Below are positions 1 through 11,865 of a stretch of 64,000 nt of DNA, one piece after another. The position numbers were made by a program, and so were the translations under genes. A model generated the notes under the pieces. It had not been told where the DNA came from. It saw only the letters and a program-made list of their open reading frames with translations, and did not search any database. The number at the start of each line of letters is the position of its first letter. Within the stretch, counting starts at the first letter, position 1. Origin of the DNA: Octopus sinensis (taxonomy: Eukaryota); NCBI RefSeq assembly GCF_006345805.1, contig NC_042998.1, positions 102,548,001-102,612,000 of the forward strand, given 5' to 3'.

Positions 1-91
1 ATTATAACAACATGAGACAGATAAATAATAGCTTTGAACATAACTACACCAACCATTTTTTAGACCTTACACACAGGAACAGGGACACACG

Positions 92-2386
92 ATGGCAAAG
101 GACAAACAAAAGAAACCTCAGGTAATTAAGATAATCAATCTCTCAAACAAAGAACTTACACCTCACGAAATAAGCATACTCTCCAAAGGACTTAAATTGA
201 CACCCACCCCACAACGTTCTAATTACTATGAAATGAAAGATGATATTTCGGAATTTTGCAGAAAACTAAGACTCACCGAGGCATTTCAAGACAAACAAAT
301 AGAGGAGGACTCAATAGCTAGAAACAAGAGCAATTACACCCCCACCAAGGGTAAGAATAAAGCCTTAGACCGCTATTGTGACTACATAACTAATTTCCCG
401 TTTCAATTCATCAAGAAACAAAAACACAGCCCTAATTTCAACAAAAGAGAATGGAACGACCTCATCAAACTAAGAGAAGACAAAACAATAACAATTAAGG
501 AGGCAGATAAGGGCAACGCGATAGTAATAATGAATACAAACGATTATAAAAATTTAGTGCTATCCCTATTAAGAGATGAAACGTATTATGAAAGGGCCCA
601 ACAGTATAACCAGCAAAAAATAATACATAACCTTAGGACATTAATCAACACATACCAAGAAGGACTCACGAACAAGGAGTATGAATACATCACTAACTTC
701 AAATGCAAATCGAGTTTGTTCTATGGTATCCCTAAGGTACACAAAAGCCAAACCATTAGAGAAACGTGCAAAACATCCACCGACACACTCATCAAAATCC
801 CTTCACCAAATGATCTAAAACTAAGACCGATAATAGCAGGGCCAGCATGTGAAACTCACCGCCTCAGCGATTTCTTAGACACACTTCTTAAACCTTTCCT
901 AAAACACATCAAAAGCTACGTAAGAGACGATATAGATATGCTCAACCACCTCCCTAAAACAGTCAATGAGAAAACCCTTCTAGTATCATTCGACGTAGTT
1001 AATCTTTATTCTAACATCCCTCACAACCTAGGAATAGAAGCGATCACCTTCTGGCTGAATAACTACCCTTTGAACTCCCAACTCGCATAAACAAAGACCT
1101 TATAATAGAAGGACTTAGATTCATTTTAGAGAACAATTATTTTATTTTTGACAATGATTTCTACAGGCAAAGATCGGGAACAGCGATGGGCACGCGTACT
1201 GCACCATCTTTTGCCAACCTAGTGATGGGATACCTCGAGAAAATACTATACCGGATGACACTCGAGAAATATGGAAACACCTTCGCCACCTATATCCATA
1301 ACAACTGAAAAGATACCTCGATGACTGTTTCATCATCTGGGACAAAGGTATAGAGAAACTTGAGGAATTTAAAATACTATTAAATGGAATAAATGACAAT
1401 ATACAATTCACGATGGACCACAACGAAAAAGAATTACCATTTTTAGACATCCTCATTAAGAAAACCGGCAACAAAATAGAGACAGATATCTACTATAAAC
1501 CGACAGACTCTAAACAGTACCTACCCTTTGATTCATGCCACCCACGACACACTAGAATGAATGTCCCTTTTTGTTTAGCTAGAAGGATTTGCACCATAAT
1601 ATCAGACACAACACCCGACACACACGTCTCCAGGAACTTAGAACCACACTCACAAATAGAAACTATCCACAGCCCCTAATAGACAGTGCAATCCAACGGG
1701 TACTTAAATTAAGTATAGAAGACCTGAGACACAAAACCAAAAAAAAGAAAGAACAATTAAAAACCCTTCCCTACATCTCTACACACAACCCACTCAACAA
1801 TGAGGCCTTCAACACCATACTACAAAGCACAGCCCTACTAAAGGGAGACCCAAAGATGAACCGGATCCTCGAAACACACACCATCATTAAAAGTAAACGG
1901 CAACCAAAATCCTTGAAAAGGATTTTAACCCAAGCTACACTGCACTCAACATCAACCACAAAACCAGCAGTTAGAAAATGTGGAAGGCCCAACTGCGGAA
2001 TCTGTGTCATCTTGAAAGAAGGATCAGAATTTATACTGGAACAAGGCCACCAGTTCACCATTAGAACAAACTTCACCTGCGCATCAGAAAACTTAATTTA
2101 CGTCGTAACATGCGCAGGCTGCAATAGGCAGTATATAGGCCATACAAAAAATAGCTTACGTAACAGGATGGCGGTGCATAAATCACAAATTAGAAACCCT
2201 GATTACCGCAAAATACCGGTCAGCGGACACATAGATAGATGTGCTGGAAATGTAAATCCGAAATTTACAACTAACCCGCTCTATAAATTCAGTGACAACG
2301 CAACCTTCACACAACGCCAAAATAAAGAACTATATTTCATAAAAAAATTTAGACCAAGTTTAAACACCCTGGGCCAAGAATACTAA
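92..2386 (+). pseudogene. PLE RT-GIY-YIG polyprotein (~765 aa when reconstructed) broken by three 1-nt frameshifts (~1070, ~1306, ~1610)
   Basis: Motifs KLRPIIAGP, SFDVVNLYSNIP, GTAMGTRTAPSFANLVMG, RYLDDCFIIW, LPFLDILI, YYKPTD, SCHPRH, linker CGRPNCGIC, and GIY-YIG NLIYVVTCAGCNRQYIGHT...HKSQI...ELYFI...LN. Confidence 0.92.
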
Positions 2387-2557
2387 AACAAAAGATAAGT
2401 CCTCCGAAAAGGAGAAGCAAAAAATTCCACCACGGCCGCTACTTTAAACAGACACTCGCTCTGACGGAAATATGCCTTAGTAAAAAAGGAAAAAAATTAT
2501 TTCGTGCAAATCTGACCCTGATACATACGATACAGCTATGGGTCAGACCCGATTCTG

Positions 2558-2928
2558 ATTGGTCAACAAGTTGATGACGTCTATCTCTGCTAGAATGGAC
2601 AGGATACAAACAGGGGACAGTCATTAGTCAGAATATTGATGACGTCCTTTTCTGCTTGACTAGTCACCTAACAAGTACAGACAGGGGGCAGATCTAATGT
2701 AGCTATAAGTCGTGATTGGGCAGAATCTGGATGACGTCCCGTTCTGCTTGACAAACGAAGCGACTGGTCAAAACAGGAAACAAACAAGAGGCAGTTATAA
2801 TGCAGCGATTGGTCAAAATAATGATGACGTCCCGTTCTGCTTGACTAAAGCCACCTAACGAAACGATTGGTCAAAACGTTGATGACGTCACGCTACGCTG
2901 GATTGACCACCTAACAGGCATTATAAAA
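2558..2928 (+). promoter_or_regulatory. Array of five inverted CCAAT box + CRE composite units followed by a TATA box
   Basis: ATTGG(ATTAG once)-N12-TGACGTC at 2558, 2623, 2715, 2808 and 2866; the last CRE is a full TGACGTCA; TATAAAA at 2922-2928. Confidence 0.6.
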
Positions 2929-3247
2929 CCGAGCACTTCACAAAACCCACTAGAACCACCCAGCGAACATCCACCATGGGTCATCACAATTGCTTAAGGT
3001 AAAAATGAATTCCTCGCTCTTTCGGAAACATCAATCTTCTGTATTGACTGCTTTCCACCACTTTGATTTGTTTTTTGTATTGAATACGTATCGCCACCGT
3101 GGGCCACTGCATCGAACACTTTGAACATATAATTCAAACTATATATCAACTATACATGAACTCTAAGATGTCTGACTCCGTTGTGTATTATAAATGAATT
3201 TCTTGTGTTTGACGGCATGAGCTGTCTTTTTTTATATATAACTTTTT

Positions 3248-3282
3248 TTGATAAGGCTCATTTCAGGAACTGAAACATGTTA
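3248..3282 (+). ncRNA. Degenerate hammerhead-ribozyme-like motif in the PLE pLTR
   Basis: TTGATAA-GGCTC...GAAAC-AT-GTT resembles CUGANGA-stem II-GAAAC...NUH; stems are imperfect. Confidence 0.35.
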
Positions 3283-3520
3283 TAATGTATATATAAAAAT
3301 AAAAAATTGTATAATACAGCAGCATTTTCGAACTTCATTTGTATGTGTGTGTGTGTTTGTGTGTGTGTATATATACTTATTTATATATATATATATATAT
3401 ATATACCTATAAAAATGAGGGTGAAAAAATTGGATTTTAATTTGATAACATCAATTTTAACATCAGTGGTCTAGCATATAAAAAACTGAGATTAAGTAAA
3501 TAGTATTTCATACATATATA

Positions 3521-4099
3521 TGAGGGAATGTTTTACCATTATGTGGAAACCTTTACGCTAGAAGATCCGCTATGGTCTTAACCACTAAGAATTGTTCTCC
3601 AGAAAATTTAGCACACCAGGAACGTAAGCATGGAAAATAAATGAAAAGTAACGAAAATATAGATTAATCATAATTGTTTTAAATTAATAATTTCTCAAAC
3701 CGGCGAAAACTACTGCAGTGACGTATTTATACTGCATTCATTTCCGCTAATTTAGCTCGCCTAAACGAAGACTTTTGAAAATAACTACAAATGTAATAAG
3801 TAGAACTGCATGCATTTTCGACTTCGTGTTGATATCTGGCGTGAAGTTCTTCAAATTATATTTTACATATACGATCATACTGACGATCTACAGATAAATT
3901 ATGTAAGTAGAATTACGTAATTTGTTGATAGTGAAACAATTGTTTATGATTAATCTATATTTTCGTTACTTTTCATTTGTTTTGCATGCTTACGTTCCTG
4001 GTGTGCTAAATTTTCTGGAGAACAATTCTTAGTTGTGAAGACCATAGCGGATCTTCTTCTAGCGTAAGAGTTTCCACAGTGTGATAAAATATTCCCTCT
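3521..4099. mobile_element. MITE/foldback element with ~165-bp terminal inverted repeats, in (TA)n
   Basis: 3521-~3685 (GAGGGAATGTTTTACCATTATGTGGAAAC...) is the reverse complement of ~3935-4099 (...GTTTCCACAGTGTGATAAAATATTCCCTCT); TA flanks. Confidence 0.8.
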
Positions 4100-5164
4100 T
4101 ATATATATATATATATCATTGAACATAGGATTGATTAGTGGCAATAGCGCGCCTCCGCATTGTTTTAGCCTTCACGTAATTCCACCCCAGCGTTTGCTGT
4201 TTTAGCTTCGGCTGGTCTAACGACTCTCCATGTTTGTTTTCGTTCGGTTTCCTTGTATGTCTCCACTGCCCTGATTTTGTTACCAATATTGACCGTCCAT
4301 AAATCCCAAATTTTATTTTGGCTTATGTGTGAGCAACTGCTTTCGAAGACTCATATTGTCGTTCAATGCTAGAAATGAGGAGTAGATAAGACAACCGACA
4401 ATTAACTAAGGATCGTTCTTTATTGTACTTGTTCTGTTTTCCACTTGTTTCTCTCGTTGTTTGCATACACAACTTTGTTTTCGTATTTCATATTGTTCAC
4501 GTTTTGTGACAACCTCTACCCATATATGCATATATATATATATATGTGTTTCGTTGTCATAATTGTTTCGCTAATCCAATAACAACAATACAAACCATGT
4601 AGCCCCTAAAACTGCTTTTGTGCATTTACAGAGAATACCAAACTGTGTTACACGGGATCTTGTTTTTAAGAATTCCCAATAAGTTATGAATGCCCAAATT
4701 GTTAAGACAGTTATGTAATAACATGAAATGAGTTACCTGATAGTAAGAATTCAAATAAAGTAGACCCAAAAAGGGCTTTAATGCGTTTCTAGAGTATATA
4801 GATCCTATGAGGAAATACTAATAAGGTATGTATACTGAAACCGTGAAGCATGTTACATGATAACAGGCTGATCAGATAAGCGATAATAATAATTCAGAGT
4901 AAATAACTCTGAAAAGGGATTTTTGTGCGTTCCCAGAGATTATTACCTTCACGGGGAGCTAGTGTTGATATATTCGTGAATAAGTCACTAACCGAAATAA
5001 GTCGATCTATTGTTTACGAATATACTATTTACTTTTGTATGGGTTGTACTGGATAAATTGAGAAAATAACTCTCACAGTTTAAATACTAAGAAATAAGCA
5101 TATTCAACTTCATTTTTACCAAAAAATTTAGGAAAATGAATGGATTACTTTCCTGGGCTATATA

Positions 5165-5345
5165 TACGGATCACTTCCAGGTGCCCTATTATCGACTTTT
5201 TCAACACTCTGAGTAGCCGTGTGGTTTCCAGACATGGATTCTACTCATGTGTCAAGTTTCATCAAAATCGATAAAACGATGTACGTGGAGTTAGCTAACA
5301 ACTCCATAAACACGCCCACAGACAGAATTTCCTACATACGTAGTA
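5165..5345 (+). mobile_element. Possible non-autonomous Helitron/HINE-like fragment
   Basis: TGTGTCAAGTTTCATCAAAATCG...ACAGACAGA...GTAGTATATA layout; resembles the reverse complement of the 5' end of the Helitron at 43623. Confidence 0.35.
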
Positions 5346-5397
5346 TATATATATATATGGCTTCACACAACTACACACTTTTCTTTATATATATATA

Positions 5398-5454
<57 letters not shown>

Positions 5455-5475
5455 GTGTGTGTGTGTGTGTGTATG

Positions 5476-5506
<31 letters not shown>

Positions 5507-5509
5507 AGA

Positions 5510-5850
5510 TCAAGCTAATGCTATTAGAAGCAAGTTGATGAGAGAATTGGTGGTGGAAGAGATCACAAGAGAACTGGAGAAGAAAGACCTAGGCAGTAAG
5601 TAAGACAGACAACAACATAAAAGATACATTTCAAACCACAGGAGTGCCTAAAGGAAACAATAAGAACATTGCCGTTGAGGAAGGGGTAACTGGCACCATC
5701 GATTTAAGTGAGGAAGATCAGAAAAATTTAGATGAGCTACAGGAAGCAATGAGTAAAGAAGTAAGAAAAATATTGCCAACATTAAAAGGTACTAACAGAA
5801 GGACTATGTATCTTCTGGAGGAGTTACCTCAATCCTTTATATATTAATCA
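5510..5850 (+). pseudogene. Decayed fragment resembling the N-terminal region of an R4/Dong-type LINE ORF
   Basis: EDQKNLDELQEAMSKEVRKILPTLKGTNRR; weak similarity only, next to a clearer RLE remnant. Confidence 0.3.
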
Positions 5851-6029
5851 AAATGAAGTAGATTGACAAAAGTACTTTTTGAAACTGTTGAAGACACAAA
5901 AGATGTCGAAATATCGTTCACTAGATGACAATGGCGCTCTTCTTTTAATTTTTACTCTATATCTTCTGGAGGAATTATCTCAATATTTTATATATTAACA
6001 ACAACAACAACAATGATAATATCATACAT

Positions 6030-6360
6030 TTAGGATAAACTAGTGAATCATAATGGAGATAGAGCATTTTTAAAGAAAGTGGGGGAAGAAGTAATTATTC
6101 TCAGATCTAGCTGCTTCTCACTAACTAGTGCATTAATGCGGAAAGTGTTTGAAAACATAACTAATTCGAATGGCCCAGTATCAGATTTATTTCAAAGAAA
6201 ATAAATGTGACATATAATTGACTTTACAGTTCCAAATGATGATAAAGTCAATATAGGAGGTATAGAAAAATTAAGCAAAGTACCAGGACCTAGACATTGA
6301 CCTACAAAGGCTATGGAAATTGCCGATAAAATGTATCCCTGTAGTCAAAGAATGACCAGC
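6030..6360 (+). pseudogene. Decayed RLE endonuclease fragment of an R4/Dong-type LINE
   Basis: IIDFTVPNDDKVNIGGIEKLSK(Y)QDLDIDLQRLWKLPIKCIPVV reads across frameshifts. Confidence 0.65.
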
Positions 6361-6638
6361 AATGATCATAGAATGATGAAGATGCATATCTCAGTGAATT
6401 TTGAATATTTTCAAATGATATGTTCCATGTATTCACCTCATGACAATGTTTATTTTTTCTAATGACGTAATGTCTTTAATCGATTAAAAATTCGTTGGAA
6501 ACAGCTGCAGTGAATCGACACATCCATCTCTTCTTTAATATTCAATTACACACACACACATATATTTATATGTTTATATATATATAAACATACACATGTG
6601 TATACATAATACATACATATATACGTATGTCCGAGTCA

Positions 6639-6840
6639 GACGCCGTGTTAGATCGTTAGCCACTACACACATTTTTTTCTCTCCGTTTTTCTCACCTTGC
6701 TTTTTCTGTGTACCTTTCTGTAGAAGAGCCTAGGCTCGAAACGTAAAATACTTTTTCTATTCCTGAGCGCTATACTAATACATCTGTTTGTTTTGTACAC
6801 CACCTGTCTTCGTCTTTTGTTTTTTTCGTAAACTTTCCCT
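6639..6840 (+). mobile_element. ~200-bp PLE-type non-autonomous repeat containing a hammerhead-like motif (copy 1)
   Basis: Near-identical to 9737-9930; contains CTGTAGA-A-GAGC-CTAG-GCTC-GAAAC-GTA. Confidence 0.6.
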
Positions 6841-7644
6841 ATATATATATATATATATATGGGTATTTGTATACATATATTTATGTCTGCATGTACTTTT
6901 GTGTTTGCGTTTGTGTAGATGCATATATGTGTATACGAATGAGCGTGTGTGTTTGGTGTTGTGTGAAGAAATGTTTGTCGTACGTAGGGCTCCACATTGC
7001 GATTAAGCCACAACTTTTCTTTTGTAAACTTTTGGCAACAAACGAGATTGATCTTAATATTCTCATCACTTGTAACCACTGTATAATAGAGCGATAACTA
7101 ACATGATGGCGACAACGATGATTAGTATTTCATAAATATGATGGAATTAAATTGCTTTGCCAATTTTATATAACGATGCAGCTGTTATAAACATGAATTC
7201 ATTATATAATTAAAAGAAGCGCCACAAGATGAAAGAATACGTAGAAATGTAATACATACCGAGTGCTAATATGTGCCTTTGTTCAAAGTACGTTCGCATA
7301 ACTTTGCCTTTTATTTATACTCATCTAAATGACGTCTACTGATTTTATTAATTAGTTAGGTGAGATAGAACGGAAGATTTAATAACGTGTTTGGCAATAT
7401 CTCTTAAAATGTTTAGTGTAGATTCTAACGTTCAAATTTCTCTGAGGTCCATGAGATAAATTATCCGTTGACTAATGTATTCTTCCGAATTTCTGGACGC
7501 GTGTCTACCTTAAGGGCAATAGTTTATAGTTTTCATTTTTACTTCATTCAGTCATCCGACTGCAACTATACTGGGGCAAGCCTCAAAGGATTTCATTTGA
7601 CACCAGTACTGATTCGATCACCCTCTTTTACTGAAACGCTAAGT

Positions 7645-7928
7645 TGCGGAGCGTAAACACACGAACATCTGTTTTCAAGCGGTGATGGGAACACATACAG
7701 ACCCAAGACACACAGACACATGCGCATGCACGCACGCACACACACACACAAACACACACGCAAGCACACACATGTGCATGTGTTTGTGTGCATGTGTGTG
7801 TATGTGCGTGTGTGCATGTGTATGTGTGTCTATGTATTTAGTTCCCGTAGCCCAAACCCACTGAGAAGGCTTTGGTCGGCAGTGGAACTGAACCAGAACC
7901 GCTTGGTTGTGAAGCAAGCATCCTACCA
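7645..7928 (-). mobile_element. tRNA-derived SINE with internal (CA)/(TG) microsatellite (family 2)
   Basis: Matches the reverse complement of the copy at 31890-32280 (TGGTAAG...CTTGCTT...GGTTC..GGTTCAGT.CCACTGC). Confidence 0.65.
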
Positions 7929-8011
7929 TTGATGAAGCAGACCAATTATTTCTTCAGATACGCTGTATACTATGGATAAATATAAGTTACTGCACTTCTC
8001 TCTGTCTCTGC

Positions 8012-8061
<50 letters not shown>

Positions 8062-9008
8062 CTTCTGTTTCTCTCTGTATTTCTTGATGGTGCGCTCTCC
8101 CTGTCTCTGTTCATGTCTTTGGTCTGGATTTTGAAAAACCATTATATGATGGCGTCCAATAAGCGTTACATGTAATTATATCATTAGATATTACTGGCGA
8201 CAGATTAGAAGACCCATAGTTTCATTGTCTAGTTGGGTAAGAATAAAATATTCATATTGTAAAAACAATCTATTATTTCTGTGCATCCCACCGGAGTAAG
8301 CGCCATTTCTTTAATTATATAATTATGAAGTTTTGCCAATGCATGCACAAATGTACAAATTTGGGATGTAAATCGACTTCTCTACAATTTGGCCTACACT
8401 AAAGCAACATATAAGCTACTGATTAATATTTGCTTAGGAATTAGGATTAGCAAACAGTTTCTGATGCACAATTAAAGCTAGCGGATGAACATATATTTTT
8501 TAACGCAGACAGAATTGTAGGTTAGTTACTAGTTGTAGTAAGAATTACTATATATATATATATACGTGTGTGTGTGATTTTGCGTACGTGTGCGAATTTG
8601 TGTGTGTGTGCATGCGTGTGGACGTGCGTGTGTGCATGAATGTGTGTGAGTGAGTGTGTGCGTGTAATCGCATGTATATACCCTCCGCAAAAAATTCCAA
8701 ATTTTATTTAATTTGCTTTGCGGGAAGGGCTGTTTCAACGAAGTCGCGTCTTGTCATTGCCTTTGAACGTGGAGTAGATGAAACAGGGATAACTGAAGAA
8801 GGGGAATATTTTTTATGTTGTATGTCTCGTTTCTCTGGGTTTTTTTCGTTGTTCGAATAGAAGTTCGTTTCTATGTTTTTGTTTTTATGTTTTCGTTTCT
8901 TATTGTATTCAACGTTTTTTTTATGTCCTGTACCATGTGTATATATACATGTATATGTAGGTATGTACATATATGTATGTATATATGCATATATTTAGAT
9001 ATTCATAT

Positions 9009-9041
<33 letters not shown>

Positions 9042-9736
9042 GTGTGTGTGTGTATCAGGCAAATAAGTAAAAGGAAAGGATAATCAATCGACAATAATCA
9101 GCCTGTAAGCATTCATTTGGGTCTATTTATTAATGAATTACAGTCATATGTATAAGTAACCAAAATAAACAAATAAAATACACAAATAAAGAAGTAAATA
9201 AGTAGGTAAAAAATAAATGAAAAATACTAAACTCTTACTGCTGGTTCTACCATGGGATTGCCGAATTTTCTAAATTTTCCATATCAATAATAGTAATAAT
9301 AGTAATAATAATAATAGTACCAATATTAATATTTATACAGGGATTGTACAAAGTTTGGCAAAACATTGGACAGTGGCTGGACAATATTTGGTACGCTAAT
9401 ATTTAAAAACAATGGCGTGGTTCAGGTCTGTTAAATCTATCAATAAAATATAAAACAAATAAAAACAAGCAGAAAAATATTCGAGGGATGTATTGTCTAC
9501 GTGGCCTTATTTAACAAATGGGTGATGAATGATAGTTACGGTTATGCCTATAGTATTATTTTATTAATATATCTGAGTATTAATTTCCAAGTAATTGTCT
9601 GAACTAGAAAAGTAAAAGTATGAAAGAATGAATGGAAAAATAAACACTCCTGGGCTCTGGTGCTTAAAAATAATTGCTTAGAAATATATAGAGTAAAGTC
9701 CCACGGAAGACTGGTAGAATTATATATATATAATAG

Positions 9737-9930
9737 GACGCCATGATAGATCGTTAGCTCCTACACGCATTTTTTTCTCTCCTTGTATCTTTTCTGTGTA
9801 TCTTTCTGTCGAAGAGCGTAGGCTTGAAACGTAAAAGACTTCTATTTCTATTCCTGAGCGCTATACTAATACATTTGTTTGTTTGTACTCCACCTGCCTT
9901 CGTCTTTTGTTTATTTTCGTAAACTTTCCC
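9737..9930 (+). mobile_element. ~200-bp PLE-type repeat containing a hammerhead-like motif (copy 2)
   Basis: TCTTT-CTGTCGA-A-GAGC-GTAG-GCTT-GAAAC-GTA-AAAGA; stem I TCTTT/AAAGA pairs. Confidence 0.6.
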
Positions 9931-10057
9931 GTTATATATATATATATACTAGTTAGGTATATATTTATTAATAAAGAAAATACTATATAAGGTATATAGA
10001 GAATGTTGTCTTACACATATATTAGAAAAGAATGGCAATCAATATATATATATATAA

Positions 10058-10620
10058 ACTGGAGGGAACACAAACCACATCCACTGCTGGTAAATGATCA
10101 TATCTCACTCCTCTGGAACTTCACCATTCAAACTGACAGAAAGATAGATACCAATGGGCCAGCCATTATATTGAGTGACTTCAGACAAAAATTACGCCTC
10201 TTCATTGATATGACTGTCCCAATCGACACAAATGTATCTGTCAAGACTTACCAAAAACAGAACAAGTACAAAGATCTTGAAATAGAAACTGGCATAATGT
10301 GGAACCTGAAGACTAAAACAATACCTGTTGTCATAGGTGCCCTAAGAATTATAATGAGAGGGGCTTATTGCTACCTAGCTCAGATACCAGGAAATCCCCA
10401 AATCACAGAAATTCAAACAATGGTGTGCATGGGAAGTGTCTATATCCCACGTAAAATACTGTCAATGCAATCTCAAAGTTTATAACAAACTTGCAATTCT
10501 CTACAACAATACTGTGCAAACCAAATATATGACATCCTAGGCATAACAACAGCATGAAATTCTAACTTGTCTCTTGAGGTCTCTCGGTGAGTCTTGAAGT
10601 CAAAGCAAAGGTCAAACGTA
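10058..10620 (+). mobile_element. 5'-truncated R4/Dong-type RLE LINE, copy A (endonuclease + 3' UTR)
   Basis: HISLLWNFTIQTDRKIDTNGPAII...IDMTVPID...KYKDLEIE..MWNLKTKTIPVVIGAL; 3' end abuts (AAT)n. Confidence 0.85.
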
Positions 10621-10659
10621 TAATAGTAATACTAATAATAGTAACAAGATTTAATATTA

Positions 10660-10707
<48 letters not shown>

Positions 10708-10745
10708 TAATAATAATATAATAATAATAATAATAATAATAATAA
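10621..10745. repeat. (AAT)n microsatellite between LINE copies A and B
   Basis: Direct reading. Confidence 0.97.
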
Positions 10746-11785
10746 CAGAAAGAGAGAGAGACATACAAGAAACAGGCACAGAAAAAGCTAAGCGCATGAA
10801 AACCCGTGCTAAATCTGCGGCCTTAGATATTCTGAATGATAAATGGCAAGAAAAACCTCTCTATGGCAAATACCCAAAGAGAACGAATATTGCAGATGTT
10901 GACAAAGCCCTGACCCATCAATGGCTAATGGCCTCTGGCTTAAAATCTGAAACAGAGGGGTTTATCATAGCAGCTCAGGATCAATGCCTACCAACAAGAA
11001 GCTACCAGGCCAACATATTAAAGATCAGCAGCAGTCCAACGTGTCGTGTATGCCAGCAACAAAATGAAACCATTGATCATGTGGTCTCCAAGTGCAGTCT
11101 TCTAGCGCCTACAGAGTATCTCAACAGGCACGATAGAGCTGCACAATATATTCACTGGGTAATCTGCAAAAACCTGGATTTGCCCCATGAAAAAAACTGG
11201 TGGGAACACAAACCACCCCCAGTGCTTGAAAATGACCACATCTCACTCCTCTGGAACTTCACCATTCAAACTGACAGAAAGATAGATGCAAATAGGCCAG
11301 ACATCATATTGAAAGACTTCAGACAAAGAACATGCCTCCTCATTGATATGACTGTCCCAATCGATATAAACGTATCTGTCAAGACCTACCAAAAACTGAG
11401 CAAATATAAAGATCTTGAAATAGAAATCAATCAGCAAAATGTGGAACCTGAAGACTAAAACAATACCTGTTGTCATAGGTGCCCTGGGAATGATAGCAAA
11501 AGGGGCTGATAGCTACCTAACTCAGATACCAGGAAACCCAAAAATGGCAGAAATTCAAAAGATAGTGCTCATGGGAACTACTCATATCCTACGCAAAATA
11601 CTTTCTATGTAATCTCAAGGTTTAAACAAACTTTTTTTTTAGACATCCACCAGTACAACACAAAAACCAACCAAATATATGGCACACTAGGCATAACAAC
11701 AACGTGAACTTCCAACCTGTTGTCTCCTGAGATCTCCGGGTGAGACTTGGAGCCAACTTGTACCAATATAAAGCAAAAGTCAAAC

Positions 11786-11789
<4 letters not shown>
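10745..11789 (+). mobile_element. 5'-truncated R4/Dong-type RLE LINE, copy B (zinc knuckle + RLE + 3' UTR)
   Basis: ORF 10796-11458: LKSETEGFIIAAQDQ, CRVCQQQNETIDHVVSKC (CCHC), RHD, NRPDIILKD..LIDMTVP..K..KY; 3' UTR shared with copy A. Confidence 0.92.
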
Positions 11790-11852
<63 letters not shown>

Positions 11853-11862
11853 TATAACAATA
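11789..11862. repeat. (AAT)n microsatellite between LINE copies B and C
   Basis: Direct reading. Confidence 0.97.
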
Positions 11863-11865
11863 AGG

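Larger units (their letters stand above)
1..3340 (+). mobile_element. Penelope-like retroelement (PLE), Neptune-like, with 3' pseudo-LTR region; 5' end lies outside the window
   Basis: RT and GIY-YIG coding frames at 92-2386, then a non-coding tail with promoter-like repeats and a degenerate hammerhead motif, ending at a (GT)n(TA)n microsatellite. Confidence 0.9.

Noticed and set aside
1306-1308. TGA in the PLE RT as a possible selenocysteine or readthrough codon
   Set aside because: The downstream motif RYLDD is in another frame; the TGA results from a 1-nt deletion in TGG-AAA (W-K).
2555-2900. Regularly recurring motif with variable spacers, superficially CRISPR-like
   Set aside because: Units are degenerate, unit distances vary, there are no cas genes, and the context is eukaryotic retroelement DNA.
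8793-8830. CTGAAGA-AGGGG as a further hammerhead core
   Set aside because: I found no closing stem II-GAAA or NUH/stem I pairing downstream.
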